Source of the DNA: a virus | Taxonomy: Duplodnaviria; Caudoviricetes | Reading direction: 5' to 3' (one strand) | DNA length: 48,846 nt | Virus record (IMG/VR): IMGVR_UViG_3300035676_000011 | Coordinates: 1 to 48,846 of that record | Shown here: positions 8,583 to 16,389 of the stretch, piece by piece | How the letters are laid out: every line of letters begins with the position of its first letter | Numbering within the stretch: the stretch's first letter is position 1 | The notes under the pieces: generated by a model | What the model was told of the DNA's origin: nothing | Database searches by the model: none | What the model saw: only the letters and a program-made list of their open reading frames with translations | Translations under genes and position numbers: made by a program

Positions 8583-9551
8583 ATGGCAGATTTAATTAAG
8601 ATGGATAGTGTAAGCGTTAGAGAATACTTTAGAACTGGTAATGTGTCGCAATTAAACGACACCGAAAAAGATTTTGTTTTATCGAAACTATGTGAGCGAT
8701 ATGATTTAGATCCGATTTTAAGACCATTTGATTTGATTTCGTTTCGCGGAGTAGCAAAATTTTATATGACCGCGTCAGCCACTAATCAATTGGCCGACAA
8801 AAAAAAGCTATCACGTAAAGTAGTGTCGATAGAACTAGATGCAGAAAAAATGATAGCTCGCTGCTCTGTTCAGGTGTCTGATCCATCTGGACGGTGCGAA
8901 GATTCGAATGCTTTTATTTCTATAGGGAAATATTTGCCTCCCAGTAAAGATAATCCCGTCATGAAAAAAGTTTTATTAGACGGGGAAGATTTAGCTAATG
9001 CGCTATTAAAGCTGGAAACTAAAGCAAAACGTCGAGCTACACTATCATTTTTTGGAATTTTAGATGCTGGCGCAGATTTTGAAGATAAACCAACAGTGCA
9101 ACCAGATCCATTTATTGACGTTAAAGATTCAGAAGACGAACCTAAAAAATTAGTGGAGGCTAAAAAACCACGGAAAACAGCAGAAAAGACAGAAGAAATA
9201 AAAAAGCCAGAAAAAACAGAACAGATCCCTTTGGTGCAAACTAAAACCAAAGAAGATGAAATAGATGCCCACATTGAGAAGCTAGCCAACTTAGAGAATG
9301 AATTTTCTGCGCCTCAGACAGTAGCGCAGGAAGAAAAAAAAGTTGTTTACTCTCGGACAAACCATGCGGAATTTTTGATAAAAGCTGTAAACAAAATTAT
9401 GAATGATTCAGCTTGGACTAAAAATGAAGAGATTAAAAACAAAGTAAAAGCGGCTATACCTGCACTTGATGGAACGGTTCCTTGTTTTTTTGAAGGTAGC
9501 AAAGAACTTTGTACAGAATTTATAAATGCGTTGAAGGGAAGAATATGCTAA
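8583..9551 (+). CDS. Single-strand annealing recombinase (RecT/Red-beta-like)
   Basis: LCERYDLDPILRP and KLETKAKRRATLS segments; adjacent to the exonuclease. Confidence 0.6.
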   Translation: MADLIKMDSVSVREYFRTGNVSQLNDTEKDFVLSKLCERYDLDPILRPFDLISFRGVAKFYMTASATNQLADKKKLSRKVVSIELDAEKMIARCSVQVSDPSGRCEDSNAFISIGKYLPPSKDNPVMKKVLLDGEDLANALLKLETKAKRRATLSFFGILDAGADFEDKPTVQPDPFIDVKDSEDEPKKLVEAKKPRKTAEKTEEIKKPEKTEQIPLVQTKTKEDEIDAHIEKLANLENEFSAPQTVAQEEKKVVYSRTNHAEFLIKAVNKIMNDSAWTKNEEIKNKVKAAIPALDGTVPCFFEGSKELCTEFINALKGRIC

Positions 9552-9688
9552 TATCAATGGCTATAAAATATGTACTAAGTATCATGTTTATAATGGCCAT
9601 TATCGGAGTATTTATGACCCTTGCTTGGTGTTCTTATATTTTTATTAGAATTTTCCTAAGAAAGTATAATAAAAATAACAATATATAA
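9545..9688 (+). CDS. 47-aa single-pass membrane protein (not in ORF track)
   Basis: MLISMAIKYVLSIMFIMAIIGVFMTLAWCSYIFIRIFLRKYNKNNNI; GAAGGG SD; overlaps the upstream stop. Confidence 0.5.
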   Translation: MLISMAIKYVLSIMFIMAIIGVFMTLAWCSYIFIRIFLRKYNKNNNI

Positions 9689-9706
9689 ATTTATATAAGT
9701 TTATAC

Positions 9707-9734
9707 TTGACTATTTTCTGTTATTTACTATTAT
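9707..9734 (+). promoter_or_regulatory. Sigma70-type promoter upstream of SNF2 helicase
   Basis: TTGACT-N16-TATTAT. Confidence 0.5.
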
Positions 9735-9816
9735 AAAAAACAATACTTAAAAAAGTGGAGAAGCGGGTTACCTCTTCTCCTAAAGTAGAAAAAACTAATA
9801 CGAAAGGAACTTATAT

Positions 9817-11085
9817 ATGAAACTTTTCTCATATCAATCGGAAAATGTCAATTTTTGCCTAAAGCATAAATATGTCTTGGTTGGAGATGAGATGGGTTTG
9901 GGTAAGACGGTTGTTGCGATAGATTTAATAAGAAGATTAAATTTACCAACATTGGTAATATGCCCCTCTGTCCTAAAAATAAATTGGCAAAAAGAGGTAA
10001 AAAAATTTATTGATAAAGATGCGATTATTTTAGAAAAAGAGATGAATAAACATACCATTGGCATAATATCTTATGATATGCTTCCTAAAAATCCACAGGT
10101 TTGGTTTGGTAAAAAGCTAGTTATATGTGATGAAAGTCATTTTTTAAAAGAACCTTCTTCACTTAGAACTAAAACAGTACATAAACTGATGGAAGCCTTT
10201 AAACCAGATTATTTTTTAATGCTATCTGGAACACCGATAAAAAATAGAGTGTATGAATTTTATTCTCCGTTGTCATTACTAAGCAACTGTCCTAACGAAG
10301 AAAATGGCATAAAATTACAAAAACATTTCAGAAATATGCAAGAGTTTTTAGAACATTTTTCTTTCCCAATTCATAAATTTATACGCGGAAGAAGAGCTAT
10401 ATCATGGGAGGGAATACAAAACATAGATGACCTAAAAAAATTATTATTAGGTAAATTTATACGGCATACTTGCGAGCAATGTTTAGATTTGCCTCCACTA
10501 GTAGAAATTTATAAAGCTGTATCAATTCCAAAAGATATGGTTGTTGATTCGGAATTGTTGGTTGCATTTCAAGAAGCGGAGTTAAGTAAATATAGTGAAT
10601 TTATTTCTACTGTTAAGAGAGGTTCTGCTATGTCTAAAACATTAGCAACATCTTTATATGTAGAAAACATTATTTTGCAAAGCGAAAACCCTGTTTTAAT
10701 ATTCTCAGACCATGTAGATGCTGTGAGAATGATTAATAAATTGTTATCTAAAAGTTTTGTTGGGTCAGAAATAACTGGTGTTGTTTCTATGGACACTAGA
10801 CAGCATATTGTGGAAAAATTCCAAAAAAAAGAGATACAGTATTTAGTTTGTACGATAGCTGCTATGGGTTTTGGTTGGACATTAACAGCGGCTAGCCACG
10901 TTGTTTTTAATGATGTTACATGGGTGCCAGCGGATTTAGACCAAGCGATGAAACGAATACATCGCATTGGTCAAGAGAAAAAATGCTTTGTACATTATCT
11001 ACATCATAGCGATGTAGACAAAATGATCTATAGAACAATAACTTCTAAAAGGAGAGTAGTTGAATGCGCTTTGAAAGAAAAGTAA
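9817..11085 (+). CDS. SNF2-family (DEAD/H) helicase
   Basis: DEMGLGKT, CDESH, LSGTP, QAMKRIHRIGQ. Confidence 0.92.
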   Translation: MKLFSYQSENVNFCLKHKYVLVGDEMGLGKTVVAIDLIRRLNLPTLVICPSVLKINWQKEVKKFIDKDAIILEKEMNKHTIGIISYDMLPKNPQVWFGKKLVICDESHFLKEPSSLRTKTVHKLMEAFKPDYFLMLSGTPIKNRVYEFYSPLSLLSNCPNEENGIKLQKHFRNMQEFLEHFSFPIHKFIRGRRAISWEGIQNIDDLKKLLLGKFIRHTCEQCLDLPPLVEIYKAVSIPKDMVVDSELLVAFQEAELSKYSEFISTVKRGSAMSKTLATSLYVENIILQSENPVLIFSDHVDAVRMINKLLSKSFVGSEITGVVSMDTRQHIVEKFQKKEIQYLVCTIAAMGFGWTLTAASHVVFNDVTWVPADLDQAMKRIHRIGQEKKCFVHYLHHSDVDKMIYRTITSKRRVVECALKEK

Positions 11086-11249
11086 TTAGTTTGAGTTTAG
11101 ACGTTAATTTATATAATAAATTGGAGAATATATCTAAGAAAAAAAAGAAAACAATACAGGAAATTATTAGAAGCATTGTAGAAGGGTATTTAGAAATAAG
11201 GGAACTTAATGATGGTAGAAGTAAAAGGAAAGATAGTGATAGCCAGTGA
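11064..11249 (+). CDS. Ribbon-helix-helix (CopG-like) protein
   Basis: KVISLSLDVNLYNKL...TIQEIIRSIVEGYL. Confidence 0.65.
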   Translation: MRFERKVISLSLDVNLYNKLENISKKKKKTIQEIIRSIVEGYLEIRELNDGRSKRKDSDSQ

Positions 11250-11523
11250 GCTGTTTGCTCATATTAGTGATGTTTATATAAAAAATACGCCTAGGCCAAT
11301 CTTAAAACAAGCTCTCGATGTATGTAAAAGGCTTATCGATGTGTTAGATGAAAAAGAAAGAGAAGAAAAGATAAAACAAGAAATAAATTCCTCTAAATCA
11401 ATCGAAGTAAAATTAGCTCCTAAAAAAGATGATATTTTATTAGTTGACAAGTCAGATAAAACCAGGAAAAATAAACGTAAAATACGTTCTGATAAAAGCG
11501 CTAAGAAAAGGGGTAGGAAATGA
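11209..11523 (+). CDS. Hypothetical protein with basic C-terminal tail
   Basis: ORF in operon; KRKIRSDKSAKKRGRK. Confidence 0.55.
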   Translation: MMVEVKGKIVIASELFAHISDVYIKNTPRPILKQALDVCKRLIDVLDEKEREEKIKQEINSSKSIEVKLAPKKDDILLVDKSDKTRKNKRKIRSDKSAKKRGRK

Positions 11524-11708
11524 TTTACTACGTTGATAGTTCTCATATTAGAAGATGCATTAAAGAAGCTATGATTAAATATGCGGAAATACCGCAATTT
11601 GCTGACGCTGTTCATCAGCTTAGAGCTGAGATTTTACGCGAAGAAAAAATGATTGATGGAGATGAACCACAACATAAATTAATTCGAGTTGAAGATATTA
11701 AAAAATAA
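11520..11708 (+). CDS. Hypothetical protein
   Basis: ATGA-coupled ORF. Confidence 0.55.
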   Translation: MIYYVDSSHIRRCIKEAMIKYAEIPQFADAVHQLRAEILREEKMIDGDEPQHKLIRVEDIKK

Positions 11709-11724
11709 AAAAAAGGCGGTATAG

Positions 11725-11949
11725 ATGAGAGTTGATGAGCATGGTTATAATTGTCCTTCTACGCTGGGGGAGTATTTGGAGGTCTGTCTTGAAGTGGGTT
11801 TACCAAATAATAAAGCCGTAGCATTTTTAAAAGATAAAATTTCTAAATCCCCTATGGGGGAAAATCAAGTTGTTATTGCTCCTGATGTACAAATGAGAAT
11901 GCTTTTATTCCCTCTGCTAATGGAAACTGTTGAGGAGGAAACAAAGTGA
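11725..11949 (+). CDS. Hypothetical protein
   Basis: ORF with AGGCGG SD. Confidence 0.55.
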   Translation: MRVDEHGYNCPSTLGEYLEVCLEVGLPNNKAVAFLKDKISKSPMGENQVVIAPDVQMRMLLFPLLMETVEEETK

Positions 11950-12188
11950 TCGATATTGATAGAGTTAGAGAACTAGCGAGCAGGGGGTTGACTGCTGTAG
12001 AAGCGGCAAAAGAATATAAAGAGATATCTTATTCTACACTGTCTCGTTGGTTGCGAAAAGATGCACCAGTTGATATAAAAAATATGTTTAATAAAAACTC
12101 AACAAAAAAACAAATAGAAACGAATAAAAAAGTTAAAAAATCTTATGAAATAGGGTGGGCGTTACATGGTATCAGAACAAAAAAATAA
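11946..12188 (+). CDS. Putative HTH protein
   Basis: GLTAVEAAKEYKEISYSTLSRWL; GAGGAGG SD before GTG. Confidence 0.55.
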   Translation: MIDIDRVRELASRGLTAVEAAKEYKEISYSTLSRWLRKDAPVDIKNMFNKNSTKKQIETNKKVKKSYEIGWALHGIRTKK

Positions 12189-12384
12189 TGAAGCTGACCA
12201 AGCCAGATTGGTTTTACGATTAATTAGAAGATCATTGTTTTCCGTATTTTTATCTCTCTTTTTGATGTTTGTTTTCCAAGACAATGGTATTTTTAGAGAA
12301 TCTTTGCCAAAGGCAGAGCTATTTTTTAGATCTTTATCTGGGTTTTTTGCAGGAGTTGGGATCGGTTGGAGAATTAGTAGATAA
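12166..12384 (+). CDS. Small membrane protein (two hydrophobic segments)
   Basis: SLFSVFLSLFLMFVF and LSGFFAGVGIGW. Confidence 0.5.
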   Translation: MVSEQKNNEADQARLVLRLIRRSLFSVFLSLFLMFVFQDNGIFRESLPKAELFFRSLSGFFAGVGIGWRISR

Positions 12385-12857
12385 TGTTTATTGAAAAAAG
12401 AAATGGATTTCTTAGGGGTTTAGACATGGAGTTAGTTAATTTTGGGCATATAGAGAAAGATATTTATAGAAGCGGCTATATAGATAAAGTGAATTTTCCA
12501 GCTATTTGTGAGAAAGGGGTAAAATCAATTATTTGTTTAAAAACAGATGTTTTTTCTGCAACAGCAGAGCGTCATTTGTGCTATCCCGATATTTCTTTTC
12601 GACATATCCCGTTGCAACTCACCAGCGTTAATTTGGGAGAAAAAGAAAAATTATATTTCGCAGTTAATTTTCTAGTTGATTTACCTCGCCCAATTTTAAT
12701 ACATGATGAGACAGGGGCAAATCGTGTGGGTCTTGTCTGTGCATTGTTCAGAAAAACTAAGCAAAAGTGGGGAGAAAATAAAATTAGGTATGAATTAAAT
12801 AGCTACGGTTTTAATCCTATTTTTTATAGGTGGATTGATGAAATAATAAAAGCCTGA
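12384..12857 (+). CDS. Tyrosine/dual-specificity phosphatase-fold protein lacking the catalytic Cys
   Basis: NFGHIEKDIYRSG, GVKSIICL and PILIHDETGANRVG (canonical HCxxGxxR). Confidence 0.8.
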   Translation: MFIEKRNGFLRGLDMELVNFGHIEKDIYRSGYIDKVNFPAICEKGVKSIICLKTDVFSATAERHLCYPDISFRHIPLQLTSVNLGEKEKLYFAVNFLVDLPRPILIHDETGANRVGLVCALFRKTKQKWGENKIRYELNSYGFNPIFYRWIDEIIKA

Positions 12858-12874
12858 GTCGGGAAAATCAGGCT
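12851..12874. terminator. Hairpin between convergent genes
   Basis: AGCCTGA-N10-TCAGGCT; weak U-tract. Confidence 0.35.
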
Positions 12875-12925
12875 CTATAAACCAACCAGCTTTGCCATAG
12901 ACCATAGTCAAATTAAAAAATTTTG

Positions 12926-13345
12926 TCAACGCATTTTTGATAAAAGCGCGGCTAAAAACTTTATAACTTTTAGTGCGCTTGCTACGATGTCCAGCCAGTC
13001 AACATTAAGAGATGGATATTCTTGTTGTAGCGTTCGTTTTATTACTAATAAATCCTGCTCAGTTATATTTTTTAACTCACTAGGCACTTTATTAATATCT
13101 TCTAATGCTGGCAATGCTGCGGTTACTAGCGAACGCATTTTTAAAATATTACCAGGAAAACTTTTGGGGTCAAAATCGCGACACACTATCGTAAATTCGA
13201 CTGCAAATCGTATCACATCCATCGTTTCTTGTAGATTGTACTGTACAAGTGCAACTTTTTGTTTTTTCTTTAAGAAAGGTAAAATAAATTGTATTATTAA
13301 TATAATATAGTTTCGTAACTGCCAAATTCTTGCTAGCCAAATCAT
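12926..13345 (-). CDS. Hypothetical protein with N-terminal hydrophobic segment
   Basis: Strong TAAGGAGG SD; YIILIIQFILPFL followed by KKKQK. Confidence 0.7.
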   Translation of the reverse strand: MIWLARIWQLRNYIILIIQFILPFLKKKQKVALVQYNLQETMDVIRFAVEFTIVCRDFDPKSFPGNILKMRSLVTAALPALEDINKVPSELKNITEQDLLVIKRTLQQEYPSLNVDWLDIVASALKVIKFLAALLSKMR

Positions 13346-13406
13346 GTTAATTTCCTCCTTAATAATATGTTAGCATGTTTATGTAGCCCAAAAGGAGGTT
13401 TTTTAA

Positions 13407-13604
13407 ATGGAAAAAATAGACATTATATTTTGGATAATTGGGGGAGTTGTTACATTAAACACCTTAATACTGTCAGCAATTTGGCGGGAAGTAAAAGAGG
13501 TAGGTATAAAGGTGGGAAGAATTGGTGAGAGACAAGCGGAGTTTAAGGTGAGACTGACTAATTTAGAGAATATTAGATTTGCGTGCAAGCCTGCAATCAA
13601 ATAA
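13407..13604 (+). CDS. Holin-like single-TM/coiled-coil protein
   Basis: AAGGAGG SD; one TM segment; directly upstream of the endolysin. Confidence 0.5.
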   Translation: MEKIDIIFWIIGGVVTLNTLILSAIWREVKEVGIKVGRIGERQAEFKVRLTNLENIRFACKPAIK

Positions 13605-13621
13605 TTTAAGGAAAAATCTAA

Positions 13622-13990
13622 ATGATTTACCATACAGAAAGATTAAAGGACGTTGACGAACGGCTTGTCAAAATAATAACAGAAGCGTCAAAAATTATTC
13701 ATTTTGATATTCTTATTGTATGTGGCTATCGAAATAACATAGATCAGCTAAAAGCATTTATGGCTGGAAAATCAAAAGCACTTCCTGGAAAAAGCAAACA
13801 TAATAAAAAACCTTCCCAAGCAATAGATGTAGTTGGCTCTGTTAAGGGTAATGCTTTGTGGGAAAGAATTGATTTACTAGCTAATCTAAATGAAGCGATG
13901 CAAGAAATTGCTAGATCTGAAAAAGTTAATTTAGATTGGTCTAAAAATTGGAAAAAATTTGTTGAGTTTAATCATTGGGAGATCAGCTGA
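13622..13990 (+). CDS. Endolysin, peptidase M15C (L-Ala-D-Glu) family
   Basis: GYR...Q, SKHN...AIDV and a C-terminal H (NHWEI) Zn-ligand pattern. Confidence 0.88.
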   Translation: MIYHTERLKDVDERLVKIITEASKIIHFDILIVCGYRNNIDQLKAFMAGKSKALPGKSKHNKKPSQAIDVVGSVKGNALWERIDLLANLNEAMQEIARSEKVNLDWSKNWKKFVEFNHWEIS

Positions 13991-14198
13991 ATTTTTTTCC
14001 AATTTTTATTGTTACATATGAACCAAGACATAAAATAAGTAATTCTAATGGCGCTGGAGTTGTTACCATTTTAAGAAATAAAAGCATTGTTAAGGTTCCC
14101 ACAACTTGAATAATCCAGTCTTTTCGTACCTGTGCAAATAACAATACTGCCACAATAATTATTCCTTGAATTAAAAATTTGCGGGCATCAGTAGGCAT
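13983..14198 (-). CDS. Small multi-pass membrane protein
   Basis: 71 aa with three hydrophobic stretches; overlaps the end of the upstream secreted-peptide gene. Confidence 0.65.
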   Translation of the reverse strand: MPTDARKFLIQGIIIVAVLLFAQVRKDWIIQVVGTLTMLLFLKMVTTPAPLELLILCLGSYVTIKIGKKFS

Positions 14199-14484
14199 CG
14201 CAGTAATATCCGTACTTGCATTCTTTTACTTCAGAACATAAGTCTCCACACCATTGACCGAGTTTTTGTACTGCGGCTGCTTTCCACCATTTGTTCATTG
14301 GCGCTGTGCTAACTGCTAAACAAGTCCATTCGCATGCTGTTTTAAAGCCACATCTATCTTGATATCCGCATACTGCCTCAGTAGTTTTTAGATTTCTCGA
14401 TAAATTGTCTTTTAAAGCATCTTTTAAAGAGTCAGCGTAAGAAACAGATGATGCTAAAAAAATGATGCCTAGATATTTTTTCAT
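14188..14484 (-). CDS. Secreted 8-cysteine peptide
   Basis: Signal peptide MKKYLGIIFLASSVSYA; AAAGGGA SD before ATG 14484. Confidence 0.75.
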   Translation of the reverse strand: MKKYLGIIFLASSVSYADSLKDALKDNLSRNLKTTEAVCGYQDRCGFKTACEWTCLAVSTAPMNKWWKAAAVQKLGQWCGDLCSEVKECKYGYYCDAY

Positions 14485-14533
14485 AAAAAAATCCCTTTCA
14501 AAAAGATAAGCGTTTCTAAAAAATTCCACGCGC

Positions 14534-14562
14534 AATTTATATTTATTTTTTTGATATGGCAA
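14534..14562 (-). promoter_or_regulatory. Sigma70-type promoter for the secreted peptide cassette
   Basis: TTGCCA-N17-TAAATT. Confidence 0.5.
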
Positions 14563-14592
14563 ATAAAATAAAGGAGCTTTTAAAAGCTCCTT
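14561..14592 (-). terminator. Intrinsic terminator-like palindrome
   Basis: AAGGAGCTTTTAAAAGCTCCTT followed on the minus strand by TATTTTATTT. Confidence 0.6.
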
Positions 14593-14693
14593 CGTACAAA
14601 TACGCTTATCTATCCAATTTCTTACCAGTGTCGGGAAGAAAACATGTTATACCTTATAATATAGTCTTTACAATGTCTAGTTTGGAGTTATTT

Positions 14694-15623
14694 ATGCGTT
14701 TTATATTTTTTGTAGTTTTTTTTGTATCTTGTGGAAAACCATTGCCCGCAGATCCAGTTGTAGTTTCGCCGTCACTATCTGACGAAATAGCTAGAGTAGA
14801 GCCTTTGCTGTTTTGGTGCGATGGGTTACCTGCATCAAATAGCCCAAATAATGTAGATGGGCGTGAACACTGTGACACTGGCGATGGCTGGATTGAAGGT
14901 GGGTTTGTTGCTTTGCTTGGTGAAAACAGAAAAGAATCAATATTTGATGCACTTGCTAATTCGTTTGGAGTAGATGACCAACCGTTTCGCTCCCCAAGTT
15001 ACGTCAATAAAGATTTCCAGAACGAGTTTAGCCGTGATCAGTTGCTCGGTGGGATTCTGGCAGCTAATGCGGGAATGCCTGTAGAAAATGGTTTAAATCG
15101 CATTCTTGCGTACGAAGAAAGCGCAGGCAAGCTTTGCCCCAACCCGACGGATAGTAGGTGTTTGTTAACGCCAGAAATGAAGATTTTAGCTAAATACGCA
15201 TTGGGGGAAAATGTAGACATTGCAGAACGTGCGGCTTTAAAAGCTACCTTGCTGATTGAAGCTTCCACCGCGCCTCTCAACTATCAAGCTGCGTTAGTAG
15301 CGTACAAAATATTTTCACTAATAAAAGTAAACGAGCTTTCTAATTCTTATGCGGAAGCGATGGAAAATTTATTCAAACGTTCTCCAAATAATTTACTATT
15401 TCATACGATATATCACATAAGCAATAAAGGTACTCAAGAAGATTTTGATGAAATAGCCAAAAGATTGACTAGTTGTTTACAAAAGTTTCAAGTATCTGGA
15501 ACAGATTGGGCATTTAATTATAAAGAAGAATGCCATGAAAATGCTATTGGGCATGAATTAGTAGCATTAGGTAAATTATTGACTAATATTAAGGAAACAA
15601 TACATTTATATGAAAGACATTAG
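14694..15623 (+). CDS. Putative lipoprotein
   Basis: GGAG SD, then MRFIFFVVFFVSC-GK (lipobox-like); helical, Cys-containing body. Confidence 0.7.
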   Translation: MRFIFFVVFFVSCGKPLPADPVVVSPSLSDEIARVEPLLFWCDGLPASNSPNNVDGREHCDTGDGWIEGGFVALLGENRKESIFDALANSFGVDDQPFRSPSYVNKDFQNEFSRDQLLGGILAANAGMPVENGLNRILAYEESAGKLCPNPTDSRCLLTPEMKILAKYALGENVDIAERAALKATLLIEASTAPLNYQAALVAYKIFSLIKVNELSNSYAEAMENLFKRSPNNLLFHTIYHISNKGTQEDFDEIAKRLTSCLQKFQVSGTDWAFNYKEECHENAIGHELVALGKLLTNIKETIHLYERH

Positions 15624-15855
15624 AGAACTTCATAATCTAAGAAAAAATTGTGAGGAATGCCTAAAACAAAGAATACCTCCATTTACAATAGATTTTTTAA
15701 TTTTAGAAGTAATCTTTCAAACTTTAGAACGTAATAATTGGAATAAAACTTGGACTGCGCAAGATCTGGGGATAAACAAAAGAACTCTTTATCATTGGAT
15801 AGAAAAATTAAAGTTCTTAAATTATCCCATTAAAGATTGGAATAAGAAAAAATAA
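15610..15855 (+). CDS. Stand-alone Fis-type HTH protein
   Basis: LERNNWNKTWTAQDLGINKRTLYHWI matches the Fis/NtrC C-terminal HTH. Confidence 0.8.
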   Translation: MKDIRELHNLRKNCEECLKQRIPPFTIDFLILEVIFQTLERNNWNKTWTAQDLGINKRTLYHWIEKLKFLNYPIKDWNKKK

Positions 15856-16377
15856 TTACTCTGCTTCAATCGCTGCTTTTTCCGCTTCATACTGTGCTAC
15901 ACGAATAACACAGTATTGACCAAAGGTTTTGCTATTGCCCAATAATGGCGTGGCATAAGCTAAAACCGCTTCTTCTGTTGCTAGTTGTTCTGAAATCCAG
16001 GAACTAGGATTTTCTACCATGTCCTGCCACATAATATGCGTTCTAATAGCTGCGGCTTGCGATTGAAAACCATATATTTGTACTTGTTGATCCTGTATAT
16101 CATTGTCGCAAGCTGTTTCTCTAGCTTTTATCCTTGTTGCTTTATCTGTTAGTGCTTTTTCCGCAACTTTAACAGAATCTTCAACAAGTATTATCTCATC
16201 ATTTTCATTTAATTCTGCTTTAATACAATCTGGATCAAGTCCTTCTGGTAATTCAAGATGAATACAAAAAGGCTCTATTTCAGTGTAATTAAAATATGCA
16301 GTATTATCTTTTATAAAGTCAGAATTATATATTGAATGAATACTTAAATTTGTTTTGTTGATAATTATATAATACAT
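15856..16377 (-). CDS. Probable tail fibre assembly/accessory protein
   Basis: Acidic protein directly after the tail fibre gene. Confidence 0.5.
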   Translation of the reverse strand: MYYIIINKTNLSIHSIYNSDFIKDNTAYFNYTEIEPFCIHLELPEGLDPDCIKAELNENDEIILVEDSVKVAEKALTDKATRIKARETACDNDIQDQQVQIYGFQSQAAAIRTHIMWQDMVENPSSWISEQLATEEAVLAYATPLLGNSKTFGQYCVIRVAQYEAEKAAIEAE

Positions 16378-16389
16378 AATAACCCTTTC

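Noticed and set aside
12398-12433. Two more ATGGA hairpins near the pseudophosphatase start
   Set aside because: Short AU-rich stems and an uncertain start codon; could be chance, so not counted in the main set.
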